Shown here piece by piece: positions 23,806 through 32,667 of a stretch of DNA of 64,000 nt (positions within the stretch are counted from its first letter, which is position 1; the number at the start of each line of letters is the position of its first letter). The notes below the pieces were generated by a model. The model saw only the letters and a list, made by a program, of their open reading frames with translations. It did no database searches and had not been told where the DNA came from. The stretch is taken from contig JBBWZH010000059.1 of the NCBI GenBank assembly GCA_039648995.1, positions 801 through 64,800 of the forward strand. Reading direction: 5' to 3'. Source of the stretch: Mycobacteriales bacterium. Lineage in GTDB: Bacteria > Actinomycetota > Actinomycetes > Mycobacteriales > CADCTP01. The position numbers and the translations under genes are program-made.

Positions 23806-26800
23806 CCAGCGCGGCCCGCACGCCCCGGGCCGCCGCCCGGGCGGCTCCGCTATCCGGCCGGGTCTCCGGCCCGCGCAGCGTCGCGGCCGAGTTCCGGTGC
23901 CGGGCGGCGAGCGAGGCGTTGCCGGCCAGCTCCTCCAGGTCGCCCATGCTCGCGTAGATGGCCGCCTCCTCGTGCCGGTCCGGGATGCGCACGCGCAGCA
24001 CGAGCGCGGCGCGCAGCCAGTCCCGGGCGGCGGCGAGGTCGCCGGCGGCGACGTAGGCCCGGCCGAGGCGGGCCCCGGCCACCGCCTCCAGGTGCTGGTC
24101 GCCCACCTCCCGGCTGAGCTGGTGCGCCTGCCAGGCGCTGTCCCGGGCGGCGGCTGGGTCGGCGGCGTCCAGGTGGGTCAGCCCGATCTCGGTCAGCGTC
24201 TCCGCCTCGTACCGGCGCTCGCCCATGCCCCGGCGCAGCGCCAGCGCCTGGGCGAAGCAGTCCAGGGCCTGCCGGTGGTCGCCGCGGCGGCGGTACGCCT
24301 CGCCCAGGTTGTGCAGGATGCCTGCCTCCACCCGGGTGTCGCGGTCGTCCCGGGCCAGCGCCAGGCCCTGGTCCAGGTAGGCGATGCCGCGGTCGACCTC
24401 GTCGATGCGGGTGTGCGCGCAGCCGAGGTTGTTCAGGGCCAGCCGCATGCCCAGCCGGTGCCCGTTCTGGGTATGCACCTCCAGCGCCCGCTCGCAGGCC
24501 ACGATCGCCTCGTGGTAGCGCCGCAGCTCGCCGAGCGCGGCGGCGATGTTGTTGTAGGCGTGGCCCTCGCCGCGCCGGTCGCCGCTGGCCCGCATGAGCT
24601 CCAGCGCGGGCCGCAGGTGCTCCAGCGCCTCGGCGTGCCGGCGGGCGGCGATGCAGGCGACGCCGAGCCCGCTGAGCATCAACCCTTCGACGGCGGGGTC
24701 GGCCAGCTGCCGCGCGGCGGCCAGCCCGGACCGGTACATCGCGACCCGGTCACCCCAGTGCCCGCGCGACTCGAAGTACCCGGCCAGCAGGTAGCACAGC
24801 TGCCAGGCCACCGTCTGGTACCCCTCGGCCGCGGCATAGTCCACAGTGGACAGCAGGTTGGCGTGCTCGCCGTCGAGGAAGGCGAGCGCGGCGGCCGGTG
24901 CCGGGTCGAACGGCTCGTTGCCGGGCGCGAACCGGGACGGCGGGACGACCCGGTCCCGGCCCGGGTCCAGCGTGCGGTTCACCGCGTCGGCCACGGCGAG
25001 ATACCAGTCCAGGATGCGGGTCACCGCGGCGGCCCGGGCCGGGTCCGGCTCCTGCGCGCGGGCCCGGTCGGCCGCGTACAGCCGGATCAGGTCGTGGAAC
25101 CGGTACCGGTCGCCGCCGAGGTCCTCGATCAGGTGCGCCGCGGCCAGCTCGCGGACGCCGGCCTGCCCCACCGCGGCCGGCACGCCCGCCGCCGCCGCGG
25201 CCAGCGGGACGGTGAAGCTGGTGCCCGGCTGCAGGCCGAGCACCCGGAACAGCCGGGCGGCGGGCTGGCTGAGCGCGCCGTACGCGGTGGCGAACACCGC
25301 GCGCAGGCCACGCGAGTCACCCTCCACCGAGAGCGCGTCCAGCCGATCCTGCCCGACGAGCTCGGCGACCAGGTCGTCGATCTGTCGGCGCGGCCGGGCG
25401 GCCAGCTTCGCCGCGGCCACCCGCAGCGCCAGCGGCAGCCGTCCGCACAGGTCGACCAGCTTGGCGGCGGCGCCCGCCTCGGCCCGCACCCGGTCGGCAC
25501 CGACCACCTGGTCGAGCAGCGTGGTCGCCTCGCTGGCGGACAGCACGCCCAGGTCGACCGGGCGGACCGCGTGGTAGATGGGCAGCGCGGCCAGGTCGTG
25601 CCGGCTGGTCACCACCAGCAGGCTGGCCTCACCGGTCGGCACCAGCGGCAGCACCTGGTCGGCGCTGCCGGCGTTGTCGGCGACGAGCAGGATGCGCTTG
25701 TCGTGCACCAGCGACCGGTAGCCGCCGATCTGGTCGGCCAGCTCGGCCGGGATGCGGTCGGCCGGCACGCCGAGCGCGCGCAACGCCTGCGCCAGCGCGT
25801 CGGCCGGCGCCAGCGCGGAAGCCGTGTCGTGCCCGCGCAGGTCGAGGTACAGCTGTCCGTCCGGGAAGTCGGCACGGATGCTGCGGCTCCACTGCACGGC
25901 GAACGCGGTCTTGCCGACGCCGGCCGGGCCCCGGATCACCGCGATCCGCGGGCCGGGGTGCGGCTCGGCCAGCCAGCCGTCCAACCCGGCCAGCTCGGCG
26001 GTGCGGCCGGCGAAGTGACCCACCGGCGGCGGCAGCTGGGCCGGCGCGGGCAGTGCGGCGGCCGGTGGCGCGGCGGCCGGTGGCACGGCGGCGGGCGGGC
26101 GGCGGCTCGGCGTGGCCGGACCGCCGTAGCCCAGTTCCAGCGCCGGCTCGCCGCGCAGGATCGCGGTGTGCAGCCGCCGCAGAGCCGGACCCGGGTCGGC
26201 GCCGAGCTCGTCGGCCAGCCGGGCCCGCAGCCGCTCGTAGCGGTCCAGCGCGTCCGCCGGGCAGCCGCTCCGGTAGAGCGCCAGCATCAGCAGCCCGACG
26301 AGCCGTTCCCGGGTGGGGTAGCGGACCAGCAGCCGGTCCAGCTCGGCGACCGCCGCCGCATGCTGGCCGAGGCGCAGCCGGACCTCCCAGAGCTCCTCGG
26401 CCGCCGCCAGCCGCAGCCCGTGCAACCGCTCCACCTCCGTCCGCACCCAGCCGCCGGCCGGCCCGTCGGCCAGCGCGTCGCCGCGCCAGAGGCCGAGTGC
26501 CGCGGCCAGCCGGGTGGTGGCGCGGTCCAGCCGGCCGGCGGCGACGTCGTCCCGGGCGGCCCGCACCTCGTCCTCGAACCGGAGCGCGTCGACCGCGTCG
26601 CGGGGGAGCGCGAGCAGGTAGCCGGGCTCCCTGGTGCGCAGCGTCTCGGGCAGGCCACAGTCGGCCAGCGCCTTGCGGACCCGGGCCGCGTGGCTGTGCA
26701 GGGTGCGGACCGCGGTGCGCGGCGGGTCGTCGGGCCAGAGCGCGTCGACCAGCCGCGGGGTGGCGACGATCGTGCCGGCGTGCAGCGCGAGCATGCCGAC

Positions 26801-26905
26801 CAGCGCCCGCTGCCGGCCACCGATCAGCCCGGCCGGCCCACCCGGCCCGGTGACGGCGATGGAACCGAGCAGCCGGACGTCTGCCTCACGCGCCGGCGAA
26901 ACCAT
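23789..26905 (-). CDS. AfsR/SARP-family regulator: wHTH + BTAD + NB-ARC + TPR
   Basis: ATG at 26905. VRLLGSIAV...RQRALVGMLAL wHTH, then BTAD (LLVRYPTRERLVGLLMLALYRSG), P-loop GPAGVGKTAFA, LLVADNA, LPLALRVAA, and C-terminal TPR units. It overlaps 23296..23805 by 17 nt (convergent). Confidence 0.88.
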   Translation of the reverse strand: MVSPAREADVRLLGSIAVTGPGGPAGLIGGRQRALVGMLALHAGTIVATPRLVDALWPDDPPRTAVRTLHSHAARVRKALADCGLPETLRTREPGYLLALPRDAVDALRFEDEVRAARDDVAAGRLDRATTRLAAALGLWRGDALADGPAGGWVRTEVERLHGLRLAAAEELWEVRLRLGQHAAAVAELDRLLVRYPTRERLVGLLMLALYRSGCPADALDRYERLRARLADELGADPGPALRRLHTAILRGEPALELGYGGPATPSRRPPAAVPPAAAPPAAALPAPAQLPPPVGHFAGRTAELAGLDGWLAEPHPGPRIAVIRGPAGVGKTAFAVQWSRSIRADFPDGQLYLDLRGHDTASALAPADALAQALRALGVPADRIPAELADQIGGYRSLVHDKRILLVADNAGSADQVLPLVPTGEASLLVVTSRHDLAALPIYHAVRPVDLGVLSASEATTLLDQVVGADRVRAEAGAAAKLVDLCGRLPLALRVAAAKLAARPRRQIDDLVAELVGQDRLDALSVEGDSRGLRAVFATAYGALSQPAARLFRVLGLQPGTSFTVPLAAAAAGVPAAVGQAGVRELAAAHLIEDLGGDRYRFHDLIRLYAADRARAQEPDPARAAAVTRILDWYLAVADAVNRTLDPGRDRVVPPSRFAPGNEPFDPAPAAALAFLDGEHANLLSTVDYAAAEGYQTVAWQLCYLLAGYFESRGHWGDRVAMYRSGLAAARQLADPAVEGLMLSGLGVACIAARRHAEALEHLRPALELMRASGDRRGEGHAYNNIAAALGELRRYHEAIVACERALEVHTQNGHRLGMRLALNNLGCAHTRIDEVDRGIAYLDQGLALARDDRDTRVEAGILHNLGEAYRRRGDHRQALDCFAQALALRRGMGERRYEAETLTEIGLTHLDAADPAAARDSAWQAHQLSREVGDQHLEAVAGARLGRAYVAAGDLAAARDWLRAALVLRVRIPDRHEEAAIYASMGDLEELAGNASLAARHRNSAATLRGPETRPDSGAARAAARGVRAALVTPSI

Positions 26906-27046
26906 CGAAGCCCCCCATTCTCGTCAACTATGGTGCACCCGGCGGGCCGGCGCGAGATCGTGACATGCTGCCCGATCGAGCACGCTGCGCTGATGACGCC
27001 GGTCGACGATGCCATGGGGGTGGCGCCGGGCGGCACGGCCGCCGCG

Positions 27047-27886
27047 TCAGCGCGCCGGCCGGCCGGCGGTGGCCGGCGCCGGGTGGCGACCGACCGCCGG
27101 CACCTCGGCCAGCTCGATGCCGAACCGGTCCCGGTAGGCGGCCAGCACCTCGGCGTCCGTGCCGAGGTCCCGCTCGGTCCGCGCCTCGCCGGCGGTCTCG
27201 ATCAGCCGCCGGCCGGCGAGCGTGAGCTGCCCCTCCGCCGTCGGCAGCGAGCAGGTCAGCGACGTGGTGAAGTGCGACGTCGGCGAGGTCTGGTGCCACC
27301 AGCAGCCGGCCTCGAAGTCGCCCAGCCGGCGCGGTCGCAGCTCCAGCCGGTACTGCGTCACGCCGTCCTGGCAGACCTCCAGGTCACCCCAGTCGCCGAG
27401 GTCGGCGTCGGCCGCCGCGGGGCGGACCTCGAACCGGCCGACCGGGTCAGCCTGCCCGCCGCGCGCGTCCAGCCGCAGCGGGTGCCGGCTGAACCGGCCG
27501 AAGCCGACGTCCACCAGCCAGGGCCCGGCGTCCGGCCCGGGCTCCGGCGTCCGCACCAGCAGGGCCAGATGGTCGTACGGGATGCCCAGCCGGTCCGCGC
27601 CGACGCGGGCGGCGAGCAGCGTGACGTGGTACCCGAGGGCGGCCAGCAGGGCGCCGAACACGCCGTTCAGCTCATAGCAGAACCCGCCGCGGCGGCGTTC
27701 GACGACCTTGGACAGCAGTTCCGGCTCGGCCAGCACGATCGGGTTGCCGAGGTGGATGTCCAGGTTCTCGAACGGCACGGTCAGCACGTGCCGCCGCTGC
27801 AGTTCCCGCAGCGCCGCCGCGGTCGGCGCCACCGGCCCGGCGATCCCGATCCGGGCCAGGTATGCCCGCACGCCCGCGCTGTCCAC
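27047..27886 (-). CDS. arylamine N-acetyltransferase (NAT family)
   Basis: YLARIG...LRELQRRHVLTVPFENLDIHLG and the catalytic Cys block RRRGGFCYELNG. I chose the GTG start at 27886 because GGAGG lies 5 nt upstream. The longer track ORF start is unlikely. Confidence 0.85.
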   Translation of the reverse strand: MDSAGVRAYLARIGIAGPVAPTAAALRELQRRHVLTVPFENLDIHLGNPIVLAEPELLSKVVERRRGGFCYELNGVFGALLAALGYHVTLLAARVGADRLGIPYDHLALLVRTPEPGPDAGPWLVDVGFGRFSRHPLRLDARGGQADPVGRFEVRPAAADADLGDWGDLEVCQDGVTQYRLELRPRRLGDFEAGCWWHQTSPTSHFTTSLTCSLPTAEGQLTLAGRRLIETAGEARTERDLGTDAEVLAAYRDRFGIELAEVPAVGRHPAPATAGRPAR

Positions 27887-28039
27887 CCGCACCTCCACCG
27901 CCGGCCGTCGACATTGGACTCTAGTCAGGCAGGGCCGCCTGCCGCCCACCATCGGACGCTGGTCGTACGCCCCTGGCCGGGCTACCAACCGACGGGCTGC
28001 CGGGCCCGCACCCGGCGGCCCGCCGCCGCGGGCCGCCGG

Positions 28040-28693
28040 TCAGGTGATCATCGTGACGGTGAAGTCCCAGTCGTCCAGGGTGAGCGTGCCGGTGCCGATG
28101 ACGGCGACCTGCGCCTTGATCGTGTAGCCGACGCCGCCGGGGAAGCCGTCGGCGGTCCGCTGCACCGACTGGTTGCCGGCCGGCGCACCGGCCGTGGCGA
28201 GTACGAAGTCGGCGCCGGCCGCTGGCTTGAGCTCCGACACACCGGTGGGCGCGACCACGACCGCCCGGAACGAGCACCAGGTCGTGGCGTCGCCGGCGCA
28301 CAACGTCTCGCCGGAGAACACCGCGTTGAACGTGGCGCTGCTGCCGGCGACCGGGCTGAACGCGGTGGTGCCACCGGGGACGTCGACCCAGGTGCGGCTG
28401 CCCGTGGCCCAGGCGGTGGCCAGCTGCACGCCCTTGAACTCCCAGATGGTCCGGGCCGGCGCCACCCCGGGGTGGGTCGGCGGCGCCGTGGTCGGCGGCA
28501 CGGTCGTCGGCGCCGCCCCCGCCAACTGGCGGACCGCACCCGCGCCGGCCGCCGGTCCGCCGGCCGCCGCACCCGCGCCGGCTGGCGCACCGGCGGCCAG
28601 CGAGCTGCCGGCCACCGAGCCGGCGGCGATGACGAGCACCGCCAGCGCCGCCGCCAGCGGCGTGCCGGCGGTTCTGTTCACGTTCCTGAGCAT
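28040..28693 (-). CDS. secreted beta-rich protein (unknown family)
   Basis: ATG at 28693 after GAGGGGGA. Signal peptide MLRNVNRTAGTPLAAALAVLVIAAGSVAGSSLAA, then an Ala/Gly/Pro linker and a roughly 140-aa domain. Confidence 0.65.
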   Translation of the reverse strand: MLRNVNRTAGTPLAAALAVLVIAAGSVAGSSLAAGAPAGAGAAAGGPAAGAGAVRQLAGAAPTTVPPTTAPPTHPGVAPARTIWEFKGVQLATAWATGSRTWVDVPGGTTAFSPVAGSSATFNAVFSGETLCAGDATTWCSFRAVVVAPTGVSELKPAAGADFVLATAGAPAGNQSVQRTADGFPGGVGYTIKAQVAVIGTGTLTLDDWDFTVTMIT

Positions 28694-28924
28694 CGCGTCC
28701 CCCTCATGGATGTTGCCGGCCCGGGCGGGCCGCAGCGAAATCCTGCGAACCGCGGCACCCCGGCGGGCCGGATGTTGCACAGGGCTGGACGGCAGTGCAC
28801 ACCGTGCGGCCGGGCCGGGTCGTGCCCTTTCGGCTGTCCTGTCGGATCAACGGCGGTCTGCCCCGGCCGGCTACGGTAGGTAGGTATTGGTGCCACCGGC
28901 CGGTGCCGGCACCCCGGGGGAGCT

Positions 28925-31696
28925 GTGATCGCAGGCACAAGCGGGGAACCCGCCGGGCTGACCCGGGAGCGGCTGGCCACGGTGGCCGGCGTCACGGAGC
29001 TGGCCGAGGTGCTGCGCGTGCTGCGGCGGCGGGAAGCGCGCCGCCGCGCGGGCTCCGAGCTGACCTACCGCGAGCTCGCCGGCAGCACCGGCTGGTCGCA
29101 TGCGATCGTCGGGCAGTACCTCACCGGCAAGGTGCTGCCGCCGACCGACCGGTTCGACGTGCTGGTGCGGCTGCTCGGCGCCAGCCCGGTCGAGCAGGGC
29201 GCTCTGGCCACCGCTCGGGACCGGGTCGCGGAGGGGCGCCGTGCCCAGCCCACCGGGCACCAACCCGGCACCCGACCCGTCGGCCGGGCCGGCGGCGGGC
29301 GGCCGGTGCCGGCGCAGCTGCCGGCCGACCCGCCCGGCTTCACCGGCCGGGCCGCCGAACTGTCCGAACTGGACGGTCTGCTGGCGGCCGCGGACAGCCC
29401 GTCCGCACTGGTGATCTCGGCGGTGTCCGGCATGGCCGGGGTGGGCAAGACGGCGCTCGCCGTGCGCTGGGCGCACCGGGTCACGGGGCAGTTCCCGGAC
29501 GGCCAGCTGTACGTGAACCTGCGCGGCTACGACCCGGAACAGCCGGTGCCGCCGGGCGACGCGCTGGCCGGTTTCCTGCGCGCGCTCGGCGTGCCGTGCG
29601 CGGAGATCCCGGCCGAGCTGGCCGAGCGCGGGGCCCGGTTCCGCACCGAGCTCAGCGGCCGGCGGGTGCTGGTCGTGCTGGACAACGCGGCCGGGGTCGA
29701 GCAGGTGCGGCCGCTGCTGCCGGGCAGCCCGTCCTGCGCCGTGCTGGTCACCAGCCGCGACTCCCTGGCCGGCCTGGTCGCCGCGCACGGCGCGCACCGC
29801 CTCCGGCTGGACCGGCTGCCCGAACCGGACGCGATCGCCCTGCTGCGTCGGCTGATCGGTGCCCCGGTCGGCGCGCAGCCGGCCGCCGCCGCCCGGCTCG
29901 CCGCCCAGTGCGAGCGGCTGCCGCTGGCGCTGAGGGTGGCCGCCGAGCTGGCCGCCGCCCGCGCGCCGACGCCGCTGGCCGAGCTCGTGTCCGAACTGGA
30001 CGATCTGCGCCGGCGGCTGGACCTGCTCGACGCCGGAGGTGACCCGCGGGCGGCCGTCCGGGCGGTGCTCTCCTGGTCGTACCGGCACCTGCCGGCCGAC
30101 ACCGCGCGGACGTTCCGGCTGCTCGGCCTGCACCCCGGCGCCGACTGGGACCCGGCCGCGGTGGCCGCGCTCACCGGCCACGAGCCCTGGCACAGCCGGG
30201 CTCTGCTCGACGCGCTGGCCAGGGCGCACCTGATCGAGCCGGCCGCGCCCGGCCGGCACGGCATGCACGACCTGCTGCGCGGGTACGCCGCGGAGCTCGC
30301 CGCCGGCACCGACCCGCCAGCCAGCCGGCAGGCGGCGCTCACCGGCCTGCTCGACCACTACCTGGCCGGTGCCGCCGCCGCGATGGATACCCGCTACCCC
30401 GCCGAGGCGCACCGCCGCCCCCGCCCCACACCGTCCACTCCGGACGGCACACCGTCCACTGCGTACGGCGGACTGTCCACTCCGGACGCGGCACAGGAGT
30501 GGCTGGACGCGGAGCGGGCGAACCTGATCGCGGTGGCCGCGCACGCCGCCGAGCACGGCTGGCCGGCCCACGCGATCGGCCTGGCCGGCACGCTGTTCCG
30601 CTACCTGGATGCCGGTGGACGCACCAGCGACGCGCTGGCCCTGCACACGCACGCGCTGTTCGCGGCCGAGCTGACCGGCGACGCGGCAGCGCAGGCGAAC
30701 GCGCTGACCAGCCTCGGCGGCGTCCACTGGCGGCAGGGCCGGTACGGGCCGGCGGCCGCGCACGTCGAGCGGGCGCTGGCCCTGCACCGGCGGCTGGGTG
30801 ACCGGGCCGGCGAGGCGCGGGCGCTGGCCAACCTCGGCCGCGTCCTGCAGCGGCGGGGCGAGCTGGAACCCGCGGCCGCCCGGCTGCGGCAGGCGCTGGC
30901 GCTGTTCACCGCGCTCGGCGACCGGCTGGGTGAGGCACGCACGCTCGACCACCTCGGGTTCGTCGCGGCCCGGCAGGGCCTGCTGCGGCAGGCGGAAGCC
31001 CAGTTGCGGCAGGCGCTGGCGCTGTTCGGCGCGCTCGGCGACCGGCTGGGTGAGGCCGAGTCGCTCGGCCACCTCGGCGCGGTACGGGCCAGGCAGGGCC
31101 GGTACCCGGCCGCGGCCGAGGATCTGCGGCAGGCGCTGACCCGCTACCGCGACTGCGGGCACCCCGACGGCGAGGCGTACGCGCTGGCCAACCTCGGCGC
31201 GGTCACCGGCCGGCTGGGCGACCCGGACGCGGCCCACCAGTTGGACCAGGCCCGCTGCCTCTACCAGCGCGCCGGTGACCGGCTCGGCGAGGCGCAGGTG
31301 CTGGTCCACCTGAGCGAGCTGGCCGCCGGGTCGGGCGACTGCGGGCCGGCCCGGGGCCAGGCGGTCCGGGCGCTGGAGCTGTTCCGGGCGGCCGGCGACC
31401 GGGCCGGCGAGGCCGAGGCACTGACCGCGCTCGGCGAGGCGCTGCACGAGTCCGGCGACCATGCGGCGGCGGCCGATCGGCATGCCGAGGCCGCCGAGCT
31501 GGCCGGGCGGACCGGCGACCGGTACCAGCGGTCCCGCGCGCTGGACGGGCTGGCGCGGGCCGGGCACGCCACCGCCGGCCGGTCCGGCGGGCATCCACCG
31601 GCCGGTTACCGGGAGTCGACCGGCCCGCCGGACGCGCCGGACACCTTCGCGTTGCTCGGCGCGCCCGGCGCCGGCGGCCCGTCCACCGCTGTCTGA
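28925..31696 (+). CDS. HTH (XRE-like) + NB-ARC + TPR STAND regulator
   Basis: GTG start after GGGGGAG. HTH LTYRELAGSTGWSHAIVGQYLTGK, P-loop GMAGVGKTALA, VLVVLDNA, LPLALRVAA, and C-terminal TPR units (GDRxGEAxxLxxLG repeated). The NB-ARC is clearly paralogous to 23789..26905. Confidence 0.88.
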   Translation: MIAGTSGEPAGLTRERLATVAGVTELAEVLRVLRRREARRRAGSELTYRELAGSTGWSHAIVGQYLTGKVLPPTDRFDVLVRLLGASPVEQGALATARDRVAEGRRAQPTGHQPGTRPVGRAGGGRPVPAQLPADPPGFTGRAAELSELDGLLAAADSPSALVISAVSGMAGVGKTALAVRWAHRVTGQFPDGQLYVNLRGYDPEQPVPPGDALAGFLRALGVPCAEIPAELAERGARFRTELSGRRVLVVLDNAAGVEQVRPLLPGSPSCAVLVTSRDSLAGLVAAHGAHRLRLDRLPEPDAIALLRRLIGAPVGAQPAAAARLAAQCERLPLALRVAAELAAARAPTPLAELVSELDDLRRRLDLLDAGGDPRAAVRAVLSWSYRHLPADTARTFRLLGLHPGADWDPAAVAALTGHEPWHSRALLDALARAHLIEPAAPGRHGMHDLLRGYAAELAAGTDPPASRQAALTGLLDHYLAGAAAAMDTRYPAEAHRRPRPTPSTPDGTPSTAYGGLSTPDAAQEWLDAERANLIAVAAHAAEHGWPAHAIGLAGTLFRYLDAGGRTSDALALHTHALFAAELTGDAAAQANALTSLGGVHWRQGRYGPAAAHVERALALHRRLGDRAGEARALANLGRVLQRRGELEPAAARLRQALALFTALGDRLGEARTLDHLGFVAARQGLLRQAEAQLRQALALFGALGDRLGEAESLGHLGAVRARQGRYPAAAEDLRQALTRYRDCGHPDGEAYALANLGAVTGRLGDPDAAHQLDQARCLYQRAGDRLGEAQVLVHLSELAAGSGDCGPARGQAVRALELFRAAGDRAGEAEALTALGEALHESGDHAAAADRHAEAAELAGRTGDRYQRSRALDGLARAGHATAGRSGGHPPAGYRESTGPPDAPDTFALLGAPGAGGPSTAV

Positions 31697-31814
31697 CCGC
31701 GTCCGGCCGCGGCTGACATCCGGGGCGTGCCGGCCCGGCGCGGGCCACGATCTCGTCCGTCCAGCGGCCCCGCGCCGCCCCGGCCTCGCGGCCGGTCAGC
31801 AGATGGAGGAGACC

Positions 31815-32663
31815 ATGAGACACCGCACAACCCTCGGACGGGTGCTGCTCGGAGCGGTCGCCGCGACCGCCGTGCTCGGCCTCCCGGCCGGCCCCGCGAC
31901 GGCCGCGCCGGCGGCCGCGCCGGCCGCCGGCCCGGTCGGCGTCGCCGGCGCGGCCCCGGCGGCGGGCCAGGAGATCGCCCGGGTCACCGGCAACGGCGTC
32001 ACGGTCGTGTTCGTCAGCACCGCCGGCCCCGCCGGCCGGCCGGAGATCGCGCTGTTCGCGCGGGGCTCGCTGCGCGGCCCGGTGTCGCCGGTGCCGGCGC
32101 TGCTCGCCCAGCGGCTCACCTCGCAGGAGATGTACCTGACGCTCGCGGGCCGTGGCGCGGTGGCGCCGGCCGCGCTGGCCGGGCTGCAGGCGGCCGAGGC
32201 CACCGAGCTGGGCCGGGACGCGACCGTCCGGGCCGGCGTCCTGCCGCCGGCCGCCGCGACGAACAGCGTCACGTCCTGCCAGAGCCGCCTGTTCGGGGAC
32301 ATCTCCGACTGGGCCGGGGTCGGGCTGTGGTCGAACAAGGGCGGGGTGGCGTACCCGTCCGGCTCGCAGGTCCAGTACGTCGGCGGCATCTCCACCTACG
32401 AGACCCGCAACGCCGTCGGGTTCGCCGGCTGCAACGCCAGCGCCAACCAGAACCTGACCCTGGACTACGCGTACAACCAGCGGTTCAACAGCCTCGGCTG
32501 GCAGCAGAGCGGGACGTTCCCGGTCGGCCCGGGCGGCTGGGGCGGCTGGTACTACAAGTGGCTCAAGACGGTGAACGGCGTCCCGCACGGCGCCTCGTAC
32601 AAGATCCACGGGTCCAGCGCCGGAGCGTTCGAGCTGGTCACCGGCGAGTGGTTCACGATCTGA
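31815..32663 (+). CDS. secreted protein (unknown family)
   Basis: ATG at 31815 after GGAGGA (alternative ATG at 31803). Signal peptide MRHRTTLGRVLLGAVAATAVLGLPAGPATA. The C-terminal domain is rich in Trp/Tyr/Gly. Confidence 0.65.
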   Translation: MRHRTTLGRVLLGAVAATAVLGLPAGPATAAPAAAPAAGPVGVAGAAPAAGQEIARVTGNGVTVVFVSTAGPAGRPEIALFARGSLRGPVSPVPALLAQRLTSQEMYLTLAGRGAVAPAALAGLQAAEATELGRDATVRAGVLPPAAATNSVTSCQSRLFGDISDWAGVGLWSNKGGVAYPSGSQVQYVGGISTYETRNAVGFAGCNASANQNLTLDYAYNQRFNSLGWQQSGTFPVGPGGWGGWYYKWLKTVNGVPHGASYKIHGSSAGAFELVTGEWFTI

Positions 32664-32667
32664 CCGA

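Noticed and set aside
23720-28879. Giant 1719-aa plus-strand ORF spanning several genes.
   Set aside because: It runs antisense through the SARP/NB-ARC gene, the NAT gene and the secreted-protein gene. The translation is low-complexity and Arg/Gly/Pro-rich. Open frames of this length are expected by chance where stop codons are rare.
28871-31594. 907-aa minus-strand ORF opposite the HTH-NB-ARC-TPR gene.
   Set aside because: It is a shadow ORF with no motifs. The plus-strand frame carries the HTH, Walker A/B and TPR repeats.
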